Positions 21,552-34,272 of a DNA stretch of 64,000 nt are shown piece after piece (within the stretch, counting starts at the first letter, position 1; each line of letters opens with the position of its first letter). The stretch is from Myxococcota bacterium (lineage in GTDB: Bacteria; Myxococcota_A; UBA9160; UBA6930). The stretch lies in assembly GCA_965223415.1 (NCBI GenBank), contig OZ245002.1, forward strand, positions 224,001 to 288,000. Direction: 5' to 3'. A program made the position numbers and the translations under genes. A model generated the notes under the pieces. That model saw only the letters and a list, made by a program, of their open reading frames with translations. It had not been told where the DNA came from and made no database searches.

Positions 21552-21555
<4 letters not shown>
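20185..21555 (-). CDS. Sigma-54-dependent response regulator (NtrC family)
   Basis: REC domain (VVDD, DVMMP, KPF), GESGVGKE, GAFTGA, FLDEIGE, C-terminal Fis-type HTH. Confidence 0.96.
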
Positions 21556-24522
<2,967 letters not shown>

Positions 24523-24523
24523 C

Positions 24524-26152
24524 TCAGCGGAGGCGGAAGCGCAGCTCGCCTTCGCTGAGATCGCGGGCGGTGCCTCGGAGATACGCGCGCTCCTGGGCGC
24601 TGCCGAAGCGGGGGAAGTACGGGCCGCGCTCGACGCGGAAGGCGGCGGCCTCGGGGAGGGTGATCTCCAGGGTCTGGCCCGAGGCGAGGGGGACCCGCGC
24701 GACGCCACCGTCGAGCCGGGGCAAAAGGCCCGGCCCGAGCGGGAGATGGTAGGTGGCCTCTTTCGGGGCGCGATCGAAGCGGTCGTGGACGGCCAGGCCC
24801 TCGGCGCCGAGCTCGAAGCGACGGGTGTGCAGGACCTCCGGGGTGCTCCAGCCGGCGCACACGGCTTCGACCCGGCCGGCGGAGGCGTCGTAGCGCGGGA
24901 TCGCCACGTCGGGACGGCCGCCGATCCGGTGGGCCGCCCACAGCTCGGCCTGCTCCTCGCCCTCGATCTGCACCGTCGCGTGGGAGGCGGTGGCGCGCGC
25001 GGCGTCGCGCCGCGGGCCGGGCACGTACTCACAAACGCCGGTGTCGGTGACGACCCGCTCCTCGCCGACGGAGAGCTCGAAGGCGAGCGCGTCGCAGTGG
25101 GCGTGGCCCGGCGTGTAGCTGGGGGCGGGCGGCGCCGCGGTGATGATCAGGGTGAAGGGACCCGCTTCGAGCCGCGCGAAGCCCGCCTGCAGGAGGCGAC
25201 CGGCCGGCTCCGGCCCGCGCGCTTCGAGCCCGAGGGCCGTCGCGTAGGCGCGAAGGGCCGCCGGCGGACTGGCGATGTCGAAGGCGGAATCGCCGAACAG
25301 GGCGAGCTCGCCGTCCGGGAGGGTGAAGAAATCGAGCGCCCCCAGCATGCGCTCGGCCACCTCCCGCAGCGCCTCCTCCTCGGCCGCCGGAAGGCGCCCG
25401 CTCGCGCCCGCACAGATGTTCAGGAGATCGAGGAGGTTCTCGAGCAGGAGCGTGTGGTAGCTCGGGCAGCGCTCGAAGTGAGCGCCGTCCGCGGGCACCT
25501 GCTCGGCAAGCTCCGCCAGCAGGCGTGGGGCCATCCCGCGCCAACGCGCTGAGGCCGCCCCGTCCAGCAGCACGCCGCCGAACACCAGGGCCAGCAGGTT
25601 CCACAGGTAGTGGTTGGCGAGGAGGTGCCGCTCGAGGGCGCTCTCGAGGGTCGCGAGCTGGTCGGCCAGGGAGGCCGTGAACGGCGCCTCGTCCCCGGCG
25701 ACGGCACCGGGAGTGAGGAGCGCCTTGCCCCAGGCGAAGGTGCGAAGGCTGATGGGGTACGGCTTCCAGCCGACGCGCGGCGCGCGAGCCGTGCGCCACG
25801 CTTCCATCGCATCGCGGCGCTGCTCGGGGCTGAGGAGCGGATGCCGCACCCAGTCGAACTGGTGGAGGTGGTAGGCCCAGAGCGGCCCCTCCCCCTCGTA
25901 GCCCCAGTCGATGCCGTCCGGCCAGGCCACCTGGCGCCCGATCAGCTCGAGGGCTTCGAGCCCGCGGACGCGAATGTGCGCCGCCGGCGGGAGGAAAGGC
26001 GCCCGGGGAGCCGGGACGGCCAGGCGGGCGGGCGGCCCCTCGGCCCGGCGGGGCCGAGCCGGGCGAAGGGCGAGGCGCGCGCGGCCGGTCCACTGCTCGG
26101 GGCGCAGGTACCACAGGGTGCGCAGCATGCGGGGGATCTGGGTCGGGCTCAC
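24524..26152 (-). CDS. Heparinase II/III family protein
   Basis: LANHY, DGAHFE.CPSYH, GHAHCDALAFEL, TDTG, HATV. Confidence 0.88.
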   Translation of the reverse strand: MSPTQIPRMLRTLWYLRPEQWTGRARLALRPARPRRAEGPPARLAVPAPRAPFLPPAAHIRVRGLEALELIGRQVAWPDGIDWGYEGEGPLWAYHLHQFDWVRHPLLSPEQRRDAMEAWRTARAPRVGWKPYPISLRTFAWGKALLTPGAVAGDEAPFTASLADQLATLESALERHLLANHYLWNLLALVFGGVLLDGAASARWRGMAPRLLAELAEQVPADGAHFERCPSYHTLLLENLLDLLNICAGASGRLPAAEEEALREVAERMLGALDFFTLPDGELALFGDSAFDIASPPAALRAYATALGLEARGPEPAGRLLQAGFARLEAGPFTLIITAAPPAPSYTPGHAHCDALAFELSVGEERVVTDTGVCEYVPGPRRDAARATASHATVQIEGEEQAELWAAHRIGGRPDVAIPRYDASAGRVEAVCAGWSTPEVLHTRRFELGAEGLAVHDRFDRAPKEATYHLPLGPGLLPRLDGGVARVPLASGQTLEITLPEAAAFRVERGPYFPRFGSAQERAYLRGTARDLSEGELRFRLR

Positions 26153-26976
26153 CGGGCGTCTCGCTCCTCCACGGCCATCGCGTAGATCTCGCGCTTGGGC
26201 AGGGCGGCCCGCATTGCAAGGGCCGCCGCCACCTCCTTGGGTGAATCGCCGCGGCGCACCGCCGCGCGCACCTCGCGGCGAAGCGCGCGACCGGCCAGGG
26301 CCGGCGCGGGCTCGGCGCCGGCGACGACGAGGGTCACCTCACCGCGCGTTCCCTCGGCGAAGCGCTCCGCCAGCTCTCCGAGCCGTCCGCGAACCGCTTC
26401 CTCGTGCAGCTTGGTCAGCTCCCGGGCCAGGCAGGCGGGGCGATCGCCGAACGTCTCGTGCAGCTCGGCCAGGGTGCGCGCCACCCGCCCGGGCGCCTCG
26501 AAGAGCACCAGTGTCTCCGGGCGATCCCTCAGCGCGGCGAGCCGCGCGGCACGCTCGCCGGCCTTGCGCGGCAGGAAGCCCTCGAACAGGAACGGCGTCG
26601 TCTCGAGGCCGGAGGCCACCAGCCCCGCGAGCACGGCCGAGGGACCGGGCACGGGCACGACCGTGTGCCCGGCCGCGGCGACCGCTTCCACCAGACGCTC
26701 CCCCGGGTCCGAGACCAGGGGCGTACCGGCATCGGAGACCAGCGCCACCGCGTCGCCCTCGTCCAGGGCCGCGAGGACCTCCTCCACCCGCGAGCGCTCG
26801 TTGTGGGCGTGGAGCGAGCGCGGCCGCGCCGGGATGGCGTGATGGTCCAACAGCACCCGCGTGCGCCGGGTGTCCTCGGCCAGCACGACGGACGCCTCGC
26901 GCAGGACCCGCAGGGCGCGCACCGTCACGTCCTCGAGGTTTCCGATCGGTGTCGCGACGACGTACAGCGTTCCCAT
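26149..26976 (-). CDS. rsmI: 16S rRNA C1402 2'-O-methyltransferase
   Basis: LYVVATPIGNLED, AEDTR, SDAGTPLVSDPG, RELTKLHEE. Confidence 0.97.
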   Translation of the reverse strand: MGTLYVVATPIGNLEDVTVRALRVLREASVVLAEDTRRTRVLLDHHAIPARPRSLHAHNERSRVEEVLAALDEGDAVALVSDAGTPLVSDPGERLVEAVAAAGHTVVPVPGPSAVLAGLVASGLETTPFLFEGFLPRKAGERAARLAALRDRPETLVLFEAPGRVARTLAELHETFGDRPACLARELTKLHEEAVRGRLGELAERFAEGTRGEVTLVVAGAEPAPALAGRALRREVRAAVRRGDSPKEVAAALAMRAALPKREIYAMAVEERDAR

Positions 26977-27030
26977 CCTGCCGTGGCTACCCTCGGCCCT
27001 CTCCCCCGCCGGTCCCGCGGGATTCCGACG

Positions 27031-27408
27031 ATGAACGACCGGCCCGATCCGCGCCGCGCCCTGGGCGCCTTCGGCGAGGCGCGCGCGGCGGAGCACCTGG
27101 AGGCGGCAGGGTACCGAATCCTCGGCCGCAACGTCCGCGCCGGCGGCGTCGAGCTCGACCTGATCGCGACCCGGGGCCCACTCCTGGTGTTCGTCGAGGT
27201 CAAGACCCGGCGCCACCGGCGGCACGGAGCACCGGAGGAGGCCGTGGACGCGCGCAAGCAGGCCCGCCTGGTGCGGGGTGCCCGCGCCTGGATCGCGGAC
27301 CACCGGCGCCGCGGCCGCGTGCGCTTCGACGTGATCGCCGTCTTCGCCGAGGCCGGGGCGTGGACGATCCGCCACATCCCCGGCGCCTTCGACGGAGGAG
27401 GCTGCTAG
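27031..27408 (+). CDS. YraN family (UPF0102) protein
   Basis: GE..AA..L...GY, ELDLI, VFVEVKTR, RFDVI. Confidence 0.93.
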   Translation: MNDRPDPRRALGAFGEARAAEHLEAAGYRILGRNVRAGGVELDLIATRGPLLVFVEVKTRRHRRHGAPEEAVDARKQARLVRGARAWIADHRRRGRVRFDVIAVFAEAGAWTIRHIPGAFDGGGC

Positions 27409-27417
27409 GGTCGGCCC

Positions 27418-27792
27418 GTGAACGACTCTGCGGACAGCCGGCGCGTCGAGAAGCCCTGGGGCCACGAGCTGATCTGGGCCCACACCGACCGCTACGTGGG
27501 CAAGGTGCTGGTGATCGAGGCCGGCCAGCAGCTCTCGCTCCAGTACCACGAGGTGAAGGACGAGTCGATCTACGTGCTCTCGGGCCGCCTGCGCCTGGAG
27601 CTCGAGGACGACGCCGGAACGATCGTCACCGAGGAGCTCGGCCCCGGCGCCCACCGCCGCATCCGCACCGGCCGCCGCCACCGCTTCGGCGCCATCGAGC
27701 GCACGGAGCTGCTGGAGGTCTCCACCCCCGAGCTCGACGACGTCGTCCGCCTCGAAGACGACTACGGCCGCGAAGGCACCACCAAAGCCTAG
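27418..27792 (+). CDS. Cupin domain protein (mannose-6-phosphate isomerase-like)
   Basis: VEKPWG, LSLQYH..KDE, EVSTPELDDVVRLEDDYGR. Confidence 0.88.
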   Translation: MNDSADSRRVEKPWGHELIWAHTDRYVGKVLVIEAGQQLSLQYHEVKDESIYVLSGRLRLELEDDAGTIVTEELGPGAHRRIRTGRRHRFGAIERTELLEVSTPELDDVVRLEDDYGREGTTKA

Positions 27793-27795
27793 GAA

Positions 27796-27865
27796 CGCAA
27801 GAGCGGGGACGTTCCTTGCAACTTGCGAAATTTCGCAAGTTGCAAGGAACGTCCCCGTTCTTGCG
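27796..27865. repeat. 70-bp near-perfect palindrome (family A)
   Basis: cgcaagagcggggacgttccttgcaacttgcgaaa|tttcgcaagttgcaaggaacgtccccgttcttgcg with one mismatch; between convergent cupin and rplS. Confidence 0.9.
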
Positions 27866-27868
27866 CTT

Positions 27869-28372
27869 TCAGTCTTCGGTCTTGGGGGCTTCTTCCGGCT
27901 CGGTCTCTTCCTCGGGCGGCGCGACTTCGAGCTCTTCGCCGGCCTCGGCGGCGGCTTCCGCAGCGGCGGCCGCGGTGCCGGCGCCGCCGAGGGCGTCGGC
28001 CTCCTCCTCGGAGATCAGGGAGGAGAGATCGCGCAGCTTGGAGCGCAGGCGGGCCTTCTTGCCGCGCAGCTCGCGCAGGTAGTAGAGGCGCGAGCGGCGC
28101 ACGTGGCCGCGGCTCTTGATCTCGACCTTCTCGACCGAGGGCGACTCGATCGGGAAGACGCGCTCGACGCCCACGCCGTAGGAGACCTTGCGCACGGTGA
28201 AGGAGGCGGAGGCGCCACCTCTGCGGCGCCGGATCACGACACCCTCGAACACCTGGGTGCGCTCCTTGTCGCCTTCCCGAATCTTCACGTGGACCCGCAC
28301 CGTGTCACCGGGGCGGAACGGGGGCAGGTCGCGCCGGCGGGCGTGGCGCTCGATGATGTCGACGGGCTGCAT
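27869..28372 (-). CDS. rplS: 50S ribosomal protein L19 with acidic C-terminal tail
   Basis: [40 protein letters not shown]. Confidence 0.98.
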   Translation of the reverse strand: MQPVDIIERHARRRDLPPFRPGDTVRVHVKIREGDKERTQVFEGVVIRRRRGGASASFTVRKVSYGVGVERVFPIESPSVEKVEIKSRGHVRRSRLYYLRELRGKKARLRSKLRDLSSLISEEEADALGGAGTAAAAAEAAAEAGEELEVAPPEEETEPEEAPKTED

Positions 28373-28374
28373 GC

Positions 28375-29082
28375 TCACTCTCCTCGCGTCCGGTCTCCGT
28401 CCAGGAGATCCGGGCGACGCTCTCGGGTTCGTTCCAGGGCCCGCTGCCGGCGCCAGTGGTCGATCTTCGCGTGGTCCCCGGAGCGAAGCACGTCGGGAAC
28501 TTCGAGGCCACGAAAGACGGCCGGGCGCGTGTACTGGGGTCCTTCCAAGGTTCCGGTCGTGAAGCTCTCCGCGACTGCCGAATCCGGGTTGCCGAGGACG
28601 CCGGGGAGGAGGCGGCTCACCGCCTCGATCACCGCCATCGTCGGGATCTCGCCGCCCGACAGTACGTAGTCTCCGATCGAGATCTCCTCGTCCACCGCGA
28701 GCTCGATGGCCCGCTGGTCCACTCCTTCGTAACGGCCGCAGACGAGCACGAGGTGCTCCACCCCGGCCAGCTCCTCGGCGACGCGCTGGCTGAAGAGCCG
28801 GCCCTGGGGGGAGAGGAGCGCGACCCGCGCCTTCCTCTCCGCGCCCTTCGGTCCGGCCAGCGCCTCGCAGGCCGCTACCAGGGGCTCGGGCTTCATCACC
28901 ATGCCCGGTCCGCCTCCGTAGGGCTCGTCGTCCACCGTGCGGTGGCGATCCTGGGTCCACCCTCGCAGGTCGTGCACCCGGATCGTGAGGAGCCCCCGCG
29001 CCAGCGCCGCGCCGAGGATCGAGGTGTTCGTGAATGTCTGGAAGAGCTCCGGAAAGATCGTCACGACGTCGATCCGGAGCAT
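28375..29082 (-). CDS. trmD: tRNA (guanine37-N1)-methyltransferase
   Basis: [35 protein letters not shown]. Confidence 0.98.
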   Translation of the reverse strand: MLRIDVVTIFPELFQTFTNTSILGAALARGLLTIRVHDLRGWTQDRHRTVDDEPYGGGPGMVMKPEPLVAACEALAGPKGAERKARVALLSPQGRLFSQRVAEELAGVEHLVLVCGRYEGVDQRAIELAVDEEISIGDYVLSGGEIPTMAVIEAVSRLLPGVLGNPDSAVAESFTTGTLEGPQYTRPAVFRGLEVPDVLRSGDHAKIDHWRRQRALERTRERRPDLLDGDRTRGE

Positions 29083-29108
29083 GGTCTCTCCTTGGGTTTC
29101 AGTCTCGC

Positions 29109-29669
29109 TCAGTCTGGGTCCAGCAGGCCCGGCGGCAGCGTCACCGTGATGCGGCCGGCGCTCGGGTCGATATCGGTGACGAACTCGCGGGCGGTCGGGA
29201 TCAGCTGCCTGCGCCCCGCGGCGCTCCGGACCACGAGCAGGTCGTGGGCGCCGGTCTCCCAGATCTCCTCGACCCGCCCGATCGGCGCGCCGCCCCCGGC
29301 GACGACCTCGCAGCCCACCAGCTCGTACCAGTAGAACTCGTCCTCGGGAAGCGCGGGCAACACCGCCGCCGGCACGGTGACGAGGCGACCGGCCAGGGCC
29401 TGCGCCCCCTCGCGATCGGCCACGCCGGCCAGCTTCAGCTTCACCTCTGCACCGCGTCCTGCTCCTCCTCCTTCGATGTCGAAATGCTTCGGGGCCGGAT
29501 CCTCCGGCCCGCGCTCGGGATCGGCGAGAGCGATCTCGCCGGCCTCGAGCAGGTTCTCCGGCCCGTCGCCGTAGACGCGCACGCGGATCTCGCCCCGAAG
29601 CCCGTGGGCGCCGACCACGTGCCCCAGCACGACGCGGCGATGTTCGTCCGCTCCTCCGGCTGTGATCAG
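29109..29669 (-). CDS. rimM: Ribosome maturation factor RimM (start uncertain: CTG 29669 or GTG 29630)
   Basis: [24 protein letters not shown]; position in the rpsP-trmD operon. Confidence 0.95.
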   Translation of the reverse strand: MITAGGADEHRRVVLGHVVGAHGLRGEIRVRVYGDGPENLLEAGEIALADPERGPEDPAPKHFDIEGGGAGRGAEVKLKLAGVADREGAQALAGRLVTVPAAVLPALPEDEFYWYELVGCEVVAGGGAPIGRVEEIWETGAHDLLVVRSAAGRRQLIPTAREFVTDIDPSAGRITVTLPPGLLDPD

Positions 29670-29893
29670 TCGACGATCTCGAGGCGAACGCGGCCTCCGC
29701 CCCGCGAGGCGGCCAGCACCGCCCGCATGGCCTTGGCCACGCGACCCTGGCGGCCAATCACGCGGCCGCGGTCGTCGTCGGCAGTCTCGAGCTCGAGCAT
29801 CTTGCCGCCGTCGGTCTCCACCACGTTCACGGCGTCGGCGTCGTCGACGATGGCCTTCGCGATGAAATCGATCAGCTCCTGGGGCTTGCTCAT
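29666..29893 (-). CDS. KH domain RNA-binding protein (KhpA/YlqC)
   Basis: [15 protein letters not shown]; located between rpsP and rimM. Confidence 0.93.
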   Translation of the reverse strand: MSKPQELIDFIAKAIVDDADAVNVVETDGGKMLELETADDDRGRVIGRQGRVAKAMRAVLAASRGGGRVRLEIVD

Positions 29894-30216
29894 GACGTCG
29901 CCCCTTCCGCCGGCGCATCGGTCGGCGCGGCGACGGGAGCCGGCGGCGGCGTAGGCACGGGCCGCTCGGTCGGGCCGCCCTGCTTGCGCTGGCGCTTGAG
30001 CAGCCCCTTCACCGAGGGCGCGAGCTGCGCGCCCTTGTCGACCCACGCCTGGATCTTGCCAGCGTCCAGGCGGATCTCCGGGGGCTCGGTCATCGGGTTG
30101 TAGGTACCCAGGTACTCGAGGGCGCGGCCGTCGCGCTTCTCGCGGTGATCGATGGCGATCACGCGGTAGTACGGGCGCTTCTTCGCGCCCGCGCGCGTGA
30201 GACGGATCTTGACCAT
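29890..30216 (-). CDS. rpsP: 30S ribosomal protein S16
   Basis: MVKIRLTRAGAKKRPYYRV...RDGR..E.LGTYNP. Confidence 0.98.
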   Translation of the reverse strand: MVKIRLTRAGAKKRPYYRVIAIDHREKRDGRALEYLGTYNPMTEPPEIRLDAGKIQAWVDKGAQLAPSVKGLLKRQRKQGGPTERPVPTPPPAPVAAPTDAPAEGATS

Positions 30217-30414
30217 GGCTCTCCCTCGGGTCCGCCGCGGCGAAGGCGACGTCGTGCGGAAGGTGAAACGGGGCTGGCCCGGGCAGCGCCGGCCCTCGAA
30301 AATCCCTTGGGAAATCGGCGGCCTAGGAGCCAGAACAGCGGGCGGGAAAGCTAGACGACCCTCTCCACCGGGTCAACGCTCGGTGGCGGCGGGGCAGCGG
30401 CGGCCCGGCCCGGC

Positions 30415-30624
30415 TCAACGGCCCGAGGGGCCCAGCCCCCGGCGCTCCTCCTCCTTCCGCTCCGAGCAGGGCGGGCAGGCGTAGAGCTCGCGGTGGGGGG
30501 TCTGGAGGCGCTCGTAGTTCGCGTCCAGGGCGACCCGCCGGACACTGGCTGCCTGCTCGCCGCAGAAATCGCAGCGGAGCCCGTCGGCGGAGGACGGCGC
30601 GGGATCGGGGGCTTCCGGACTCAC
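30415..30624 (-). CDS. Small Zn-ribbon hypothetical protein
   Basis: CDFC...CPPC in 69 aa, co-oriented within the gene run. Confidence 0.6.
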   Translation of the reverse strand: MSPEAPDPAPSSADGLRCDFCGEQAASVRRVALDANYERLQTPHRELYACPPCSERKEEERRGLGPSGR

Positions 30625-30635
30625 GGCGGCGGATG

Positions 30636-30950
30636 TTACCGAACGCGGAAGCGCAGGTCCGTGGGGGCGCCCTCCCCCAGGGCGTCCTCCAGGGCCCGCA
30701 GGATGTCTCCCCGGCGCATCTGGAGGTGCTGGGCCCAGACGCTCGAGTCCACCGCCACCTCCAGGACGCCCCGCCGCAGGTCCACCGGCTCGCAGTGCTC
30801 CGCCGCGTCGCCCAGGGCCTGCTCCCAGGCGTCGAACAGGGCGAAGGCCGGCGCCGCGCCGGTGTGACCGAGCTCCGAGAGGACGCGGCCGATCATGCTC
30901 CCGACCCGTTGGGGGTCCCGCTTCGGGCGGGCCCGGGGCGGCGGGCTCAC
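30636..30950 (-). CDS. DUF721/DciA-family protein
   Basis: W...G..AEHC.P.....GVL.V.VDSSVWAQHL pattern. Confidence 0.8.
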   Translation of the reverse strand: MSPPPRARPKRDPQRVGSMIGRVLSELGHTGAAPAFALFDAWEQALGDAAEHCEPVDLRRGVLEVAVDSSVWAQHLQMRRGDILRALEDALGEGAPTDLRFRVR

Positions 30951-32218
30951 CCGGCCTCGGGGTCGAGCTCCCGGAACAGCAGGCCCGTCGGGAGCTTCGG
31001 ATGGAAGAAGGTCGACTTCTGGGGGAGGGTCTCGCCGGCCTCGGTCACCCGGAAGACGTCGTCGGGCGAGAGCGGGTTCAGGTAGAGGGCGACGCGGCCG
31101 CGCCCCTCGCGCACGTCCTTGGCGGTCTGGGCGGCGGACTTCGGGAAGGCGACGGCGCCGCCACGCACGGCCTCGTCGTCCAGGCCGAAGACGCCGGTCA
31201 GGACCTCGTCGTGGATCACGCGCACCGAGAGCTCGGCGTCCGCCGGGCGCGACCACAGGACGAGGCGGCCGCTCGCGTCGTCGGCGGCGAAGGCGTAGCC
31301 GTCGGCCAGCGGCGCGAGCTCGCGCTCGAGCAGGGCCGGGAGATCCGCCGCGTCGCCGACGGTGAGGTCCCGGCGCGCCCAGCCCCGCTCGGCCAGGGCG
31401 TCCCAGCGATCGCCGCCCGCCGAAGGCGGTGCGACGACGAGCCGGTGGATCGGCAGCAGGAGACTGCCCGGCGCGTAGGCGTTCGCGAAGTAGGTCAGGA
31501 GCCGCGTGCAGGGATGGTCGGAGGCGGCCCCGGCCGCCCGCTGCTCGTCGCGATAGGCGAGGGCCGTCTCGTAGCGGTGATGGCCGTCCGCGATGACAAC
31601 CGGCCGCTCCGCCATGAAGGCGCGGATCGTCCCCGTGGCCCCGGCGTCGCGCAGGGGGACGATCGTCTGCTCGACGCCGCCGTCGTCCCGGGCGACGAGA
31701 GCCGCCGGGTCCTGCAGCGCCGTCTCGAAGAGGGGCTGGAGCTTGTCGTCCCGGTCTTCGTAGAGCATGAACACGGCGGAGAGGTTGGTGCGCGACGCCT
31801 GCAGGATCTTGAGACGATCCGCCTTCGGTCCGGCCAGGGTCCGCTCGTGGGGACGCACGATGCGCTTCGCGTAGTCCTCGAGCTGGAGCGCGCCGAAGAA
31901 CCCGAGGCGCTCCCGGAAGTGCCCGTCGGGCGCGGTGAAGCGCTGGCGGAGCACGTAGTAGGCCGGCGCCTCGTCCCGGGCGAGCACGCCCTCACGGCGC
32001 CAGGCGGCGAGGGTCTCGGCCACGTCGCCGTAGTCGGTGGAGGCCTCGTCGGCCGCGTCGCGGGTGAGGACCAGACGCAGGGCGTTGTTGGGGTGGCGGT
32101 CCCAATAGGTAGCGCGGTCCTCGGCGGCCACCACGTCGTAGACGGGCGCGAGCACGTCCTCGAGGGCGACCCGGCGGGTGTCGTAACGGAGAGCGCGGAA
32201 CGGCTGGACGTCGGTCAT
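30947..32218 (-). CDS. DUF1015 family protein
   Basis: PFRALRY, PHERT, IADGHHRYETA, PQKSTFFHPK. Confidence 0.92.
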   Translation of the reverse strand: MTDVQPFRALRYDTRRVALEDVLAPVYDVVAAEDRATYWDRHPNNALRLVLTRDAADEASTDYGDVAETLAAWRREGVLARDEAPAYYVLRQRFTAPDGHFRERLGFFGALQLEDYAKRIVRPHERTLAGPKADRLKILQASRTNLSAVFMLYEDRDDKLQPLFETALQDPAALVARDDGGVEQTIVPLRDAGATGTIRAFMAERPVVIADGHHRYETALAYRDEQRAAGAASDHPCTRLLTYFANAYAPGSLLLPIHRLVVAPPSAGGDRWDALAERGWARRDLTVGDAADLPALLERELAPLADGYAFAADDASGRLVLWSRPADAELSVRVIHDEVLTGVFGLDDEAVRGGAVAFPKSAAQTAKDVREGRGRVALYLNPLSPDDVFRVTEAGETLPQKSTFFHPKLPTGLLFRELDPEAG

Positions 32219-32847
32219 GAGGCCTCGGCGATGACGGCTGCGATGGCGTCACGGGAAATGGCGGCCTCCCGCAGGATCCGGGGCGGCCGCACGCTGCAGT
32301 CGACGACGCTGCTGGGTGGGCCGCCGCCGCACTCGCCGCCGGCCAGGAGCGCGGGGCCGGGCGCCGCCGCACACAGGCGCCGCGCCTCGGCCCGGCGGGT
32401 GGCCGCCGGCTCCCCGCTGCGATTCAGGCTCGTCGCGGTGACGGGGCCGGCGCCGATCGCCGCGATGCCGGCCGCAAGCGCCGTCGCGTCCGGGTGGGGC
32501 GAGCAGCGCACGCCGAGGCCGCCGTCGGGAGCCGTGACGCCCGGCGCAAACGTCCCGGCAGTGGAGAGCACCAGGGTGAGCGGTCCCGGCCAGAAGCGCG
32601 CCGCCAGCCGCGCGGCCTCGGCGCCCATCTCCACGTCGAGCTCGGCCAGGGCGTCCGGGGCCTCGAGCAGCACCGAGACGGGCTGGTCCCCTTCGCGACC
32701 CTTCCAATCCCGCAGCGCCGTCAGGCCGGGCGCGGAGCGGGCGTCGGCGGCCAGGCCCCAGCTCGTCTCCGTCGGAAAGGCCACGAGCCCGCCATGAGCC
32801 AGATGGCGGGCCGCGTCGGCGGCGGAGAGCTCGGCCGGGGCCTCCAC
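32215..32847 (-). CDS. tsaC: Threonylcarbamoyl-AMP synthase (YrdC/Sua5 family)
   Basis: VAFPTET.WGL, KGR, FWPGPLT, TSLNRSG. Confidence 0.9.
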   Translation of the reverse strand: MEAPAELSAADAARHLAHGGLVAFPTETSWGLAADARSAPGLTALRDWKGREGDQPVSVLLEAPDALAELDVEMGAEAARLAARFWPGPLTLVLSTAGTFAPGVTAPDGGLGVRCSPHPDATALAAGIAAIGAGPVTATSLNRSGEPAATRRAEARRLCAAAPGPALLAGGECGGGPPSSVVDCSVRPPRILREAAISRDAIAAVIAEAS

Positions 32848-32848
32848 G

Positions 32849-34123
32849 TCAGCGGGCCAGTGCCCGGGCGGCGATGTCGTCCCGGCGGTGCAGACCTTCG
32901 AAGCGGATCTCGTCGGCGGCGGCGTAGGCGCGGGCCCGGGCGGTGGCGACATCCGGGCCGCGGGCGGTCACGCCGAGCACCCGGCCACCGTTCGTCACGA
33001 AGCGGTCGCCCTCCAGGCGCGTCCCGGCGTGGAACACCGTCACGCCCTCGTGGGCGGCGGCCGCGTCGAGGCCGGCGATCGGCTTGCCTTTCTCGTAGCT
33101 GCGCGGGTAGCCGCCGGAGGCCAGCACGACGCACACGGCGGCGTCCTCGGTAGCGACGGTCTGGGGCTCGAGGGCGCCGGTGGCGGCGCCGTGGAGGAGC
33201 GGCACCAGGTCGCCGGTCATCTGCACGAAGAGCGCCTGGGTCTCCGGATCGCCGAAGCGCACGTTGAACTCGACGACCTTCGGGCTGCCGGCGTCGTCGA
33301 TCATCAGCCCGACGTAGAGGACGCCGCTGAAGGGCGCGCCCTCCTCGCGCATGCCGCGGAGCGTGGGGTGCACGATCTCCTCGAGGACGCGCTTCTCGAC
33401 CGCCTCGCTCACCACCGGGGCGGGTACGTAGGCGCCCATGCCGCCGGTGTTCTCGCCGCGGTCGCCGTCCCGGGCGCGCTTGTGGTCCTGGGCCGGCGCC
33501 AGGGTGACGACCTGCTCGCCGTCGGAGATGGCATAGTAGGAGGCTTCTTCGCCGACGAGGCGCTCCTCGATCAGCACCTGGTCGCCGGCGGCGCCGAAGC
33601 GCCGGTCGGCCAGGATCTCCCGCAGGGCGGCCTCGGCCTCGGCGGGGCTGTCGCAGACGGCGACGCCCTTGCCGGCGGCCAGGCCGTCCGCCTTGACGAC
33701 GCAAGGGTCGCCGTCGGCCTGCACGGCGGCGATCGCCGCATCCAGATCCGTGAACACCTGGAAGTGCGGCTGGGGAATGCCGTGCCGCGCCATGAACTCC
33801 CGTGCGAAGGTCTTGCTGCCCTCGAGCCGCGCGGCGGCCGCGGACGGCCCGAACACGGCGAAGCCGGCCTCGCGCAGCCGGTCCGCCACGCCCTCCGCCA
33901 GCGGATCCTCGGGCCCGATCACGACCAGCTCGACACCGTGCTCCCGGGCCACGCGGATCAGCCCGTCGGCGTCTCCCGCCGCCACCGTGGGAACCAGGAC
34001 CGCGTCCTCGGCCATCCCGTCGTTCCCGGGCGCCGCGACCACCTGCTCGACGAGCGGACTGCGCGCGATCTTCCAGACCAGCGCGTGCTCACGACCACCG
34101 GAGCCGGCAACCAGAACCCGCAT
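32849..34123 (-). CDS. purD: Phosphoribosylamine-glycine ligase
   Basis: GSGGREHA, KADGLAAGKGV, NTGGMGAY, EFNVRFGDPE. Confidence 0.98.
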   Translation of the reverse strand: MRVLVAGSGGREHALVWKIARSPLVEQVVAAPGNDGMAEDAVLVPTVAAGDADGLIRVAREHGVELVVIGPEDPLAEGVADRLREAGFAVFGPSAAAARLEGSKTFAREFMARHGIPQPHFQVFTDLDAAIAAVQADGDPCVVKADGLAAGKGVAVCDSPAEAEAALREILADRRFGAAGDQVLIEERLVGEEASYYAISDGEQVVTLAPAQDHKRARDGDRGENTGGMGAYVPAPVVSEAVEKRVLEEIVHPTLRGMREEGAPFSGVLYVGLMIDDAGSPKVVEFNVRFGDPETQALFVQMTGDLVPLLHGAATGALEPQTVATEDAAVCVVLASGGYPRSYEKGKPIAGLDAAAAHEGVTVFHAGTRLEGDRFVTNGGRVLGVTARGPDVATARARAYAAADEIRFEGLHRRDDIAARALAR

Positions 34124-34182
34124 CGGGGCCCTCCGAAGGCTGGAACGTTGGGGGAAACCGCCGGACCGCCGGAGGTTTACCA

Positions 34183-34272
34183 GAATGAAGAAACGGGGCC
34201 AGAGTTAAGAATGAAGAAACCCTCCCCGGAGGGCGCAACTGAATTCTTAACTCCGGCCCCGTTTCTTCATTC
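34183..34272. repeat. 90-bp inverted-repeat element (family B)
   Basis: 30-bp arms gaatgaagaaacggggccagagttaagaat / attcttaactccggccccgtttcttcattc (1 mismatch); shares its core with 54254-54325. Confidence 0.9.

Noticed and set aside
27869..28030. Acidic Ala/Glu tail on L19 and Pro/Ala tail on S16
   Set aside because: Low-complexity ribosomal protein extensions are common in high-GC bacteria
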